64,000 nt of DNA from Dimorphilus gyrociliatus. Its lineage: Eukaryota; Animalia; Annelida. A program made the translations under genes and the position numbers. The DNA lies in contig CAJFCJ010000006.1 in the NCBI GenBank assembly GCA_904063045.1, positions 4,108,408 to 4,172,407 on the forward strand. The letters run 5' to 3'. Numbering within the stretch: the stretch's first letter is position 1; each line of letters begins with the position of its first letter. The notes under the pieces are model-generated. The model saw nothing but the letters and a program-made list of their open reading frames with translations, was not told the origin of the DNA and searched no databases. Shown here one piece after another: positions 29,702 through 42,707 of this stretch.

Positions 29702-32700
29702 ATTTTATTGAGCCAATACATTCCTGCAATTGTAGATTAAAACTAAATAAAATAATAATATGAAGTAATAATAATATTATTTGGTATAGGTCTACAATAT
29801 TCACAAATTCCCACATTCGTGATATAACGATGTTTAATCAGCGTTACCGTATAAATATTGAAAGGCGTATTCCATAGGTGTTAGTTTTATTTACGTAACG
29901 CCACTGACCCGCCCTGCTATACGCCGCTATAGACTTATCTGTAATCCGATGTCGAGTGAATAAAAGTGAGAGGAGAGCCAGAAGAGAGAGAGAGAGACAA
30001 AAAAGGAAGAAAAATCACCTGCCTAACGGCGGAAGGATGCTCGAGCTAGCGGAAAATTAACCCCCAATAGAGGCTTCATCAAAGGATCACCGACACGCTA
30101 ATTACACAACATTATTTAGCTCCATAACAACGGCCTTACATACTCTTACGTAAATAACGTAAGGCTGGTAAATTTAGTGCTAAATTCCCCTAGTCTCAAC
30201 TATCTACGCTAGGCAACCATTTTCTTGAAAAGCTTAAAGCTCACCTGCAACGGCCTACGATATAAATAAAATACTTATGGAAACCGCAATCCAAACATGT
30301 GCGCTCTAGCTGTAATAAAAAATAAAACGAAAAACGGAAGTGAATAAGAGGGATAGAATGATAGAGCAGGAAAAGTTGGAAGATAGAGAGAAAGAAAACG
30401 TGTTGGATGAATGTAGAACAAACTTCCCCTTTTTTTTAATATAGAAATTTTACATGCTGTTGTTTGTCAGACGGTTTACGCGAACGTTTTGATTTACAAA
30501 TGGCGTGCGGCGAAGGATATACAACAAAGGAGCTTTACATAATGTATAAGAACATAGCACGAACACTGTTTGTAGAGCTAATAAAGTAGTAAAGCTGATT
30601 TCAAATTAAAGACAAACTTTGTACGCCTTTTCAATTTTACGCTGCTTAAAAACTTTTTAAGACGTTCTTATTGATACAAATAAAGCATACATACATCGTA
30701 TTCGGTTACAGAGATACTTTAGTTACAACAAAAAACAGTATTGAACATTGTTAGAATAGATGTTAAAAACTTTTATTCAACTTGCTACCGCCCTGTTGAC
30801 TTTAAAGTGACAGTTGCCAACAACCGGACTACATGCCTTCTGGTTCCAGGCCAAAAATAGCTTAGATACTTTATAATTATTTATTATCCATAAAAAAGAA
30901 ATCCTGCTTTTACTTTGTAAAAGTTAATACAGCCCAAAAGGAAAAAAATCCCAGGTGCGCTTAGTGCCTGACGGTATTTGAATTCAAAGCTTTAATAGTT
31001 TGTGTAAATAATCTCTCTGTAAGGCGTCGACCCGATGACGTATAAAGAATAGAGAAACGAAAGAAGGAGACTTACGAAAAAAAGACCGAGGTTAAGGGTT
31101 ACTGAAAAAGAGTAGAGGCATTTTAAATCAATCTCTCACACTAGACGAAGAATGTGTCGATGGATGCTACAAACAACAGATGTGGAAGGCGAAAAGTTTT
31201 CAAAAATTTCTTTTCAATCATTTTCCTTTCCCTGTTATTTTCTACCTTCAAGCGTTATTTTCAAATTCCTACTGTCTTTCTTCCATTTACCCCCCACCTT
31301 CTTCATCTCCTTCCTTGTCTTCTTTTTCTTTTTAACACAAACGTGTTGAGACCCTTCTAAATGGACTGACGAGATGAGATTAGGGACACTTCTGAATGTC
31401 ACAAATTATTCCTAATTTAGTTAAACTGTCATTGAACGCAAGATGAAAATTTTCACACGAGACACTTTAAAAATTACGTAAAGACTATATTGAATATCGT
31501 AATTAGTTTAATATATTGTAAATGAGTTGTCTAAACATAACTCGTAACAAAGTACCCTTTTCTTGTTTCAGTATCTTTAACCCTATTCGTTCTTCTGTCT
31601 ATCAAACCTCTATATAACATAAAACTGACCCTTTCGATACTGATTTTAAAGGTTTCGGAAACAAAGGAATTTTCAGTTTGCTCTGCTAAGAAAGAAAATA
31701 CGCTTCAAGATTGATTGTTAAGTAAACCTTTCAAACTTTGTCGAGTTGTTCTGCTACATTTAATTCAATCGTGGACGTTTTAAATAAGGAAGGAACCGGC
31801 GCCACACATCCATCTGCTACTAAAATCTGCCACAATCGATGCATTGTTAATTTTACGACGAGTCGAACAGCTTGACCATGCATTTCCTTCATTAAATAAA
31901 ACTCCTTTAACACTTAAAAAGAGATTTTTCTCTGGCCCTATTCAAAATCGTTTATTGCTCCTTTTATGTTACTGTTCTGTCCTGTTCTCTTATTCTGTAA
32001 GTTTCTTTCAGTGCAATTTTACAAGATTATCTACTGGCGCAACTGGTAACGTCAAACGGGTCGTCAGGGGGCGTCGATTAAAGGTCGGATAAACTATTTA
32101 TCTAAGAATTAGACTTCATTCACTAGTCAACAACGGGCAGAGAAATCGTGCCTAGGCGCAGAAAAACCTACCAACTGCAAAAAGTTCAAACGAAGCTGAG
32201 TTTGATGGATTTGATGCAGTAAGAGGTAGCATTAATATAACAGGCCTATAATAAGTCAATATAAAGTTTTAACAATTTAATTAATAAGAGAAGAGGGGAA
32301 TGGTAGTATTGACGATTTTTAAGTATATCAGAATGAACGTCTGGCGGCAAGCCTAAAAAAGTAGTCAATTGGAAATGACCGTATATAAAACCATTCCACC
32401 GTTACATTATAAGTTTTAGAAAGCGAACTTTCTCAGCATTCCCCGTGCGATCGAAATACAATTCGTTCCATTCAACGGTTGGCGCTTAAACGTTATACAG
32501 TCAATTTTTTTTGCAAACCAACAATCGGATTCCGTAAAGAGCAATAAATATGCTGCGGCGCGTTTCTGCCAACGTTTTTTACTCAACTTAATACTGCCTT
32601 GCTCTCTGATTTCGTTCTCTCTCTCTTTTTTTATCCGAATCCTTCATACTCGCTTTCTCTCTCTCTTCCTTACCTTTTTTTATACATACTATATTAGGCA

Positions 32701-35700
32701 AACAATGGCAAGGTTTAGTTAGTATAAGGTTTGCAAAGCTTGTTTTCCTATAATTAACTTCCTACTATATATAGTTTGTTGTGCGAATAAAAAAAAATTA
32801 GAGAATGGTATTCGTCGACCAACAACGATTAACAAACTTGCTCGATGACTGACTAGAACGACGTGTCCCATCTGGACAAACAAACCGAGTTTGAAAAGCG
32901 TTTACACAATCTTTTTTACTAAATTTAGGTCAATATTGATAAAAACAAAACTTCCATCTTTATTATCTAGCAAATTTATTAGACCTTGGATGTTAACATC
33001 GCGTCAGAAGTGGTAAGGAATCTTATAGGTTATTATTGTATAGAGTGAATATCTTAGTTTACATACATTATACTTAGCTGATTTGTTAGCCGACAGCAAT
33101 TGGGGTAGAAAAGGGGGCGTTCGATGGGCGTAATTTTTATTCTGACAGTGGCGTCTGAATTACGCAACAATACTCACGTCCGCTGGTGATCACCAGCTGA
33201 CAAACGCATATGTCTTTTTGTCACGTGACAGGAATGACTCGAATATCCAATATTTTATCATTAGGTCGACCGATATAATAAGGTCAGATAATATCAATTT
33301 ATCCGTATTTATCAACATTGAACAGCTCAGATTTTAAATGATAAGATCTATTTGCTGAATATTTAGCTAGTTAGCTCCTACTTAGGCCTGAGTATTGAAA
33401 AAAAAAGTTAAGCTCTAGTTTGGAGACTTTTTATTTCAACCAAGAGTCTATATTAATCTCTGACAGCCGTTTCTTATATATCGTCTTATCTCGCTAATTA
33501 GCAACAAAATTCCCACCGGAACAGGTGCCATTTTCGAAACCTAAGCGTTATTTTTTGTGACACATATCGTATTTTTTTCTTGTGAAAACGGGGTAGTGGG
33601 ATTGTCATATGTATTTACGCGATTCCCTAAAGTCGTTGGCCTATTTATTAGAAAAAAAAAGAGTTCTATCGAACAAGGAATCTTTTTCATATGCTAAAAA
33701 GAACACATGCAAAGAAATAAAGATGATTCCATACCGTGCACGATGTGTAGTCCAATGTTTTTTTGCCGGGTGAAAAAATCTTTAAGAATTTTCTTTAAAC
33801 CAGTAATCGACAAATCCACTTTAATTAACTAGTATATCCTATTTGTTTTTTAAATATAAAGTTGTAAGGTTCTTAAAAACTTTCCAGGAAAACCAATTAA
33901 AACGAAGGGATAGAGAAAATACGCTCACTCTTCAACGGCCGCCGTGAGACTGAAGTTTTAGCGACGGTGTCACAGTTGGGTTGCACACTTAGCGGGCATA
34001 GAAATCCTTTCAAAGTTTGAATAGATGGCTGTATCCCATGTAAAAACAAATATAAATTTAAGTAGTTTAAACAACTCGAATGGAAAGATTGAAATTAAAT
34101 GAAAGAATCGAGCTATTGATTCGGTGCAACCTAATATTAGGCCGCTATCAGTCAAAAGTGGCGCGCGAAATTCAAAATCTTTTCAAAATCTAGGAGAAAT
34201 AAATAGGAAAATCAATAAAACATTACGCTTTCGTTCGTAAGTGGAAAATCCAGAAATAAACGAAGGAGATCGCTAACGCAAATAAGAATTCGTGCGTGTT
34301 CGAGAATGAATGATGGAAATGATAAGAAATACCCGAAAGGGCATTGAATAGTTGGGCGAATAATCGAATAGTACGCCTTTTTTCCTACCAAGATCGAATA
34401 GATTGTTATCATTAATTCTCGTTAAAACGAGTAATAATTAGCCACAATTATAATCAGAATCTGAATTATACACGTTTAAGCGATTCACGAAATTATCTAA
34501 CCAGAGAAGGAGCAAATTCCCAGAGCGGATAGCGGAGAATTTTAATGCTCGCCTATCTTTATAACTGAAAAATCAAGATTACAAAAGAGGAGAGCATAGT
34601 GTATACAAAAAACGAAAAACTTAAATTGTAGAAGCCAAAGCCCTTGTACATATACTTTTTAAACCCAGATAGGCCTCATACATGTTAAATTTAACCCTAT
34701 TGACGTAATAGATATGTATCAAGGAGAACAGTTTTATCTCTTCCTCTAAATATGAATGCGTGTATATATATGTACTAGTGCAAATCTGCCAAATCAAAAT
34801 GAAAACATGCCGTATACACAACATAATATAAATATATATGTACATATACAACATATATCAATATACGTTATGAGAAATTCAATGTTTTCATTTATACGAA
34901 GACATTATCTTCTCTTAAAAAAATATTATATGATTCACGGTCAATAATTTGAAGTTTTGTATTATAATATATATATTTATATATAACTATATACAATATG
35001 TTGATATATGGAATATAAATGTTCAAAGAGTTGATTAATCACTATTCCCCCTCTTCACAACAGTAATAGGCTGTATTCAGATCACTACCTCCAGAATTTA
35101 TGGGCGGGTCAGAAATTGTATACTTTGTTTCCGAACAAACTTGGGCAACTGTCATTTGGTAGTTGAATATCTGTATACTTCGTACTTAAGCATATATTTA
35201 TTAAAAATTGATATTTTCTTACACTCAGTATTTTCTTTGAGAGCCCAAGCCTCACATATTATTTCGCCCCAAGTATTTGATTTTTTTCTTATTTATTCAT
35301 ATACGAATATTCTTTTTTTATTTATATATCTAGATATATATTGAGTATAGATTAAAGATTCCAGATAATCCTATTGTAATATGAACTTTATTATACATTA
35401 ACTGTTATTACTGTAAATTATTTACGTTGAACACTAATTGCCATCCAAACCGCTTATCGTATTGAAGCCTATACGTCAACAAACCGCGAGCTAGCAGTTA
35501 TCAAATAGTACTTATATGGATGGGTGTATTATCAATAAATAATCGACAAGATATCTGGATGAATTTAACCAGATAGAGTAAAAAAAAGTATCTATCTCGA
35601 ATTTTATTTATTCAATGTAGGCCTACTTAAGTGTGTTTTTTTCCTCGCGACCACCTTCTAGTAATATTTTTATTAAATTAAACAAGCCGCTAACGATGGG

Positions 35701-37832
35701 ATGGGATGGAGCGTAAAAAAACTTGTCATAACATATTAGTTGTAAGTATTGGAGCGGGGTGTAAATGATGCAGATGTAAAGATTAAAGAAAGTTTCTCAC
35801 CAACGTCCGGCAAGGGACAAAAGAACAAAAAACCTCTCGAGTATGATACAGCCGTCACCTCTGAACTACTTTCAACTCCTTAATGTTATTGGCTAAGTTT
35901 TTATCCCCTCTTAATCCTTTATCGCCATGACAAAGGAAATTCGGATTACAGACAACTACACCGACCATCATCAATTAGTATTGGGAATATCGTCATAACA
36001 ACCGGCAAATTTAGTGAGATTGTTAATGATTAATGACGGGTCCGTAAAGATATATATAAAGTTTGTGTACGATGTAGATGTTATTTATACGAATCTATCA
36101 AAGAGTAAATAATAAAGATATGAAGCTTCTTTCTCCTTAGTGCCCATTAAAGTGGATCCTAATCGATTTGCCAACGCCTCGTTTTCCTAGTGATACGCAG
36201 CTGTTGGACGGAAAGAAGAAAGGAATCGTAGCCAATCAGACAAAAATGCCGTTTGCAGTTGACAATAGACGGCAATGCGAATACAAAAGACCATCGGACA
36301 TCGATCAAGTGAATTTGACGTCTTTTTTGCGTTTGAATGGATTTGGAAAATTTCAACCATGGTCCACGTTAAACATTGTTTTTTTTCACCTCAAGCCGAA
36401 ATAACTCACTCTTTGTTGTTACCTTTTTTCTATTATAAATATACACAATAACTTATAAATAATATACAAAACTCTTTCTTTTCCGATCTTTATCTAAACG
36501 AACACCAGTAACAGATGAAAATGTATCTAGAATCAAGGAGATATTTATCTTCTTTAACCGGGCGTCCTGCAAGGGGGGGCAAGAAGTCTTAATAAAAACA
36601 ATAATCGTTGAAGCTTATTAGACTATAAATTTTCCTTCTACTAGTCCCAACACCTGCTTAATTGAAACGTATTAGATACCATCTAACAGTTCAAGCGGAA
36701 ATTAGCTCGTAACGACGAAAAAATTGGATGATAAGGGGTCCTGATAAAGTTGAGACTTGACGAATGTTCACGTCAAAATCGTTGTACCAGACACGTTTTG
36801 AAAACAAACTTTAAAAAGTGCTAGATGAAAAAACAACAACAAATGATGTGGAGTGGGCGAGTTTGCAAGTATTGAAAGCAAGTATGTGTTTTGTACGAAG
36901 GGTGGCGGGGAGGGGGGTGAGCGAGGGGAGTAAAGAAAAGAGAAAAGCTATTTCACCTGTGTACACAAAAAAAACTGACCATTAAAAGAATTTTTCCTTT
37001 TTGGATAAGGGAGGTGCTTGTTTGTCGATAGTCCGAGCCGATTAACTAAGCACTCGAATTAATTGCCAAGCCATTCTTTTCTCGTGTTTACTGTAAATAG
37101 GATAATCCCACGAAATCGTTTAATATTCGTTTTAGTAAAATAGTTTCTAGCTCTTTCCGTCTATCCTACGCTGTTATGGCTTTTCTTTCTGTTATCTTTG
37201 AATACTTTCACGACATTTTACTGCGTAAACTTACAAAGTATAATGTCACATTGAGCAAAAACAACATATTTATATAGACAGTATTTTCATGCGCCATTAT
37301 ACAAGTGTTCTTTGAAAAGCAATATCACATAAAGCAGGGCGAGAACGTGAACAGCTGTGTAATTCGTAGCCATTGTTGCTTAATAACGGTTAAATATACG
37401 TGAAATTAAGCAGACTCAATATTATTTTACAGTTCACTGCCAATTTATAAAACGTGTAGTTATTAATTAGGAACTTTTAAGCAACACTATCGACCATGCA
37501 AATAAAATAAAAATCAGAGTAATAATACGAGTATTTGAGACAGAAAAATCTTTCAAAAAAGTCGATATAATTGTATAATGTAATATTTGAAAGAGAATAG
37601 TCTTTTTCAGCTTATTAAATAGAGTTGTAATAAGTGAATTTTCAATTTTCGGTCATGAGCATACTGCTACCGCCCAGCGTTAGACAGCTTCTTAAGTAAG
37701 ACCACCCTCATAAGGTTACACAAAGAACGTCGTCATTGAGGTTGCTATTATTTGTATCACGTTCAATTTGACTTTCTTTTTCGTGCTTATTCGCGCGTTC
37801 TTTATCCATCCTACATCACGCTAGGGTCGAGG

Positions 37833-39154
37833 TTAGACATCGTCAAAAGAGGGGAATTTAGCGCTCATTGGTTCGAGTAATTCGACCAAAAAATAAATTG
37901 TGCCAGCCAAACCTGTTGGGATGAAAATAGCTAGCGTTAATTATGCATTCGGAAATTGGGAAAGAAGAAGAAAAACCTTCAAATAGGGAATAAGGCCTAT
38001 CCGGCTGTTTGCAACCATGTTTTCCATAATCGAAACAGAATTCTGCAAATTTTGCCGCTCTATGTAGATATTTGATATCCTGTGTCGTTTGATAAACGGT
38101 CAACAGTGCATAAGCGTTTCCGGCAATGCCGTGGCACAGACCGTATCCTTTTCTCAACAATCCCATTCTCCAAATAGACTCTGCGCAATCAACGGCCGAT
38201 TTTAAATGGCATTCGGCACCTGTCTTCCTGTACGCCTCAACAAACATAAAAGTAAAGCCTGGGGAACCGTGACACCAGTGAACCAATTTGTCAGAACCTA
38301 TGGGTAAGGAACTCGGATAATTTCCCGACTTGAATTGCAAAGCTCTCAAACAATCCACTTCCTTCGACAGTTGACGGCTATCAACTAGACCGCTTTTGAA
38401 TAACATTGAAATTATGCCGGAAACACCATGGGCTGCCCCTAAATATCTCTTACCATGCCACTCAAACATTAGAGAAACGCCCAAGCTGTCTGGATCACCA
38501 TATGAACGTCCGCTTCGAACAATTTCTTTAACAATGCTTCTTATTAATTCTTCGTCTACACTCGTCACGCGTTCCTTGATAAACAGTAGAGAATACAAAT
38601 ATCCGGCTCTACCAGAGAGAATTTCGTCGGGCGTATCACCCTTCATTGCGATTGCACGCAGATTTATCAGTTGGTTAACGCAAGATTCATACTTATCGAC
38701 ATTATTCAGGCGTTTATAAACCAGGGCAGCGACGCACAAGGGGCCCGAGTCTCCGCAAAGGAAACTAGCCTTGGCATTTTTTAATTTCTGTAGGCATGGT
38801 TCGACAAATTTCAGTGCTGTTTGCAGTCCGTCCGGCCGGATACCGATATCGTATAGCCGGACGTAAAGTAAAGCGATGCCCGATACCCCAGTGTAGACTG
38901 AGCAATCATTCCAGTTTATGTTACTTCCTGTGTACTCTTTTTCGAGCTTATACAAAAGTTTACCGATGCATGAATTTAGCTTTTGTAGAAAATCATCTGT
39001 AAGCTGTGGACATATCGACTTATTATCGCTCAAAGTATTTTTACTATACAATATCCCGAGAAAGTTATACCCGATTGTTAGATCCAATGACTGTATCTTC
39101 TTCCCCATAATCTTTAAATTGGTTGCTAAAGGCTCGAGTTTCCGAGTGAAGCAT
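37833..39154 (-). CDS. LANCL2: LanC-like protein (LANCL1/2)
   Basis: Exons are 39154-39071 (MLHSETRAFSNQFKDY...), 39003-37977 and 37912-37833 (GLAGTIYFLVELLEPMSAKFPSFDDV*). Motifs include SVYTGVSGIA, SFLCGDSGPL, DEILSGRAGYL, WHGKRYLGAAHG, GNYPSS, HWCHGSPG and GYGLCHGIAGNAY, so the Zn-ligand Cys/Cys/His are retained. The ORF-track start and end are mis-called. Confidence 0.95.
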
Positions 39155-41742
39155 TGTTATTTTTATTTTTGTGCCCTTTAACAGGTTGATGTTAGGAAGA
39201 CATCGGCAAAATGAGGAGCGCCTAGATGGCGCACAATTTCAAATTGGAGTAGTCGAAACTAAGTAATTAACACTTATTCTGGTCTTATAACAATGAAATA
39301 TATATCTGAAGTATTTCCATATTTAAAACCAAAGCTATATTAATCGGTTTATTTGAAATTCATTGAGAATAATAATCCTAAAATAAAGCTAATCCAAGGA
39401 ATTTCTTTTTTTTTTAAATTGGGAACAGAAAAGAATAAGGAGAAGGAAATAGAAAAAAAACAAAGCCCAGCTTTAAATCAAAACTGATTGAATCACGGCC
39501 GGAAGAGTTTTTAAGTATTTTTTTTTAAAACTACAAGTATGAGACATTAAAAAGTTAATTTTCCGCATAGCTGACATATTTCTTTATGATCAAAGCAACA
39601 GGTAAACAAAAATGTTTTTGTATAAGTTGGTTACAAACTGAATCACATTAATAAAAGAATTGAATGACTTTTGAAAAATAAGCTTTCTATATGTTTTTAT
39701 AAAATTTATGAATTCCATAGATATAGTAATAGAATGCTTATCGAATAACCAATCAACGACCTTCGAAAATTTAATTCGATTCTATTTAAAGAAGGGTGAA
39801 CATTATTAGGCTAACTAATTTTAGGGGCGCATTTTTTTCTAATAAGCTTAAATAAGTAGGTGCTAATATTATTAATTGGTTAATTTAAAGGTTTTATTAA
39901 AATAAGAATAAAAAAGAAAAAGGAATAACTTGTTTTATATCCTATTGAATTCCAATCTCAGAGTCATCAATTATTATTCAGAAAAGTGTTAAGCTTCCTG
40001 TTATTACGTCATAACAACTACTTGTCAGACTAGTAATTGTAACAGAAAACAGTTTAAAAGATCTTTAAAAGCGTTGAAAAGTGTAGACATATTAAAAAAA
40101 AACGGAAATTACAATTTGTTACGTTAGTATAATAATACCAATTATAAAATATTATTTATATTGATATAACACCTTTTCGTTCAAAAATAACTTATATAAG
40201 TAAAAAGTCAAAAGGTCAAAATACTTGAATACATAAATAAACGTAAGTATATAAAAGGGTAAATTGTTATTTATAAACAATTACTATGTACATAAAGGAA
40301 TTAATTAATAGGATTTCCTCCTCCTTACAATATCCTTATATTAATATATAATAAAATTATGTATGGAATGGAAAGAAGGTTGAGAAAAATAATTTAAAAA
40401 TAAATATATCATATTTATATACGATTCAAGTAAGAATATTGAAGAGTTTTTAATATTGTCTATAATCATATTCCTTTGTTAAATTATTTGACGTATGTAC
40501 AAGGATTTCAAAAGTCTACTTCAAAGAAACGAGCTCCTAGACCCTGAAGAGTAGACAGATAAGGTTTTACTTTATTTCAATGTTCTAAAAGTTTTTAATT
40601 TAAACAAAATGTTTTTCTTTCCATGGGGAATTTTCTCACATGAGTGATACTTAAACAGAAGGAGGACGTTAAGGTATAGCTCTTAGAAAGAATATGCACA
40701 CATCTGGCCGCCCTATTCTATTCAATGACTACACACTCTATAAGTTTATATTTAGTTGTTAATGAAATTATTAATGAGTAATTAATTTCTTTCGATTCAT
40801 TTCCATCTCCAATATATACGCCTGGTAAACTTCTACTCCATAGCTGCAGGAAAGTAACATTTGTGTAACTATAGTTACCGAATGATTTAAACAAACTATG
40901 TGTTATTGGTAAAACTTTTCAACTACAAAAAATTTCGATCTACTCTTGTTGACTACAACGTAACCTATACAGGAAATTAAAAGTTAGTTCAACTCTTATA
41001 CTGTATATCAACAAAAGATTGAAATATTCCGTGACAAACTGCAAAAGCACTTTATCAATTATCTTGATTAAATATTGTGATAGGCTAATTGGCGGAATAA
41101 GTATTTTAATTTGAAATGTAAAAGGTTAAAGGTAATTTACTTTGTACGTCTTCTCCTTCTTACCTTCTGATATTGAATTTCAATATGTTCTTTCTAATGC
41201 CAATTGAAATTAGTGAACGAGAAAGGTGAATGTTATTCTACCTGAATTGTTTTAGACTTAATAGTATAAAGTTTTTAGCAGTTATCACAACAGTTTCTAA
41301 ATATGTTTTATATAAAATATATTGTGAAATAAGGTTTTCATTATCTTGTATTAGTTTTATTCATTGGGTATTTCGTTGATGAAAAGAGGAGAATGTGTAA
41401 ATATAGGGATCCTTAAGGTTATAGAGGGGTTGAGAATTTTTAAATGCAAGAATTCTAACCCTTGAAACATTTCTTTGAAAACAAAAAATGTTGTTTATAT
41501 CACACACTATATCACGTGACTCCTCCAGGTAGAGTCATATACTTTTAGGCTGCTGTTGTTTTTGCTGTCTAAATGTCCTATTTATCAGTTTATAAATAAA
41601 TCTTATCATTTATTTTTAATACATTGGACGTTCTGTATCGTTATTTATTCATTACTCTAGATCTACTCAATTACGCAGAAAGGCGACTCAACAACAATAG
41701 AGAATCTCTCAAATTCGCAAAGTATTTTTATTCCGTGATATT

Positions 41743-42478
41743 ATGTCTGCAGCGAATAAACTGAAGGTCATCCTATTTCTTGGGTCTACAAGAGATAATC
41801 GTTATGGCGAAAGAGTTGGAATTTTTATGAAGAAGTTTTTAGAAGGAACGAACCACGATGTTACTTTGTTTGGTAAATACACAGTACACATCAAACAAGC
41901 TTAACTTGAGTAGGTATTGTTTGATTTTGTAGATCCGCTACATATGCCGTTTACTATGCTATCGAAACCCGTCTTTCACTACGGGCCCGAGAGGAAAGGA
42001 GCTCCTGAATGGTTAGTTGCCGCTGAAAATAAAATAAAGGAAGCGGATGCATTCGTCATTGTTACACCAGAATATAATCATTCGTTGCCGCCAGCTTTAA
42101 CGAACATGCTCGATCATTTTGGTAGCTCAGTTTACAGCTGGAAACCAAGCGCTATTGTGTGCTATTCTGCAGGTTCGCTCTCAAATCGAATCGTTTGATT
42201 TAGGGTCTAGACATGCTAATCAAATAATGTTTTGTTTACGTTCAGGTATCTATGGAGGCATGCGCGCAGCCATGCAAGCAAGAGCCCTTCTAGGAGAAAT
42301 TGGGGCATTAGCAATTTCAAATATATTCGGCATACCCCAAGTTATGAAGGCATTCGATGAGGCGGGTAATCCTCAAGATAGCCATATGGAAAGTGGTGCG
42401 AAAAAACTCATTACTCAATTAGATTGGTATGCCAATGCGTTGAAAAATCACCGCCAATCCGAAGGAATACCAAATTAA
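41743..42478 (+). CDS. NAD(P)H-dependent FMN/quinone reductase (FMN_red, Lot6/ChrR/AzoR-like flavoprotein)
   Basis: Exons are 41743-41872, 41933-42172 and 42246-42478, all GT-AG and in frame. The sequence has LFLGSTRDNRYGERVG (FMN phosphate loop), EADAFVIVTPEYNHSLPPALTNMLDH, KPSAIVCYSAG.YGGMRAAMQ and LITQLDWYANAL. Confidence 0.9.
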
Positions 42479-42707
42479 TTTGATCAATTTCTTTACAATA
42501 CCTTCTTGATATTCTATAGTTTTTCACTTGTTTTAATGTGTTTGTGTGTGTTATTTTTTAGATCTCCTTCTAAAAAGTTCTAAAGACTAGAAACAAATTA
42601 AAGTAAACTTTGAATGTAAAAGCAAGATATTTATTGTGTAAAATTTTTGTCGATTGATTTTAAAGTGTAAATTAACACTCTTAAATAGAATGATTGAATA
42701 TATAAAT

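Noticed and set aside
31152-36404. Short ORFs of 60-82 aa in the noncoding block
   Set aside because: They show low-complexity or TA-repeat composition, no recognisable domains and no consistent splice chain.
37708-37809. 33-codon ORF (MDKERANKHEKESQ...) starting about 24 nt after the LANCL stop
   Set aside because: It has no recognisable homology and no convincing phase-compatible donor to the DLC exons. It is probably LANCL 3'UTR.
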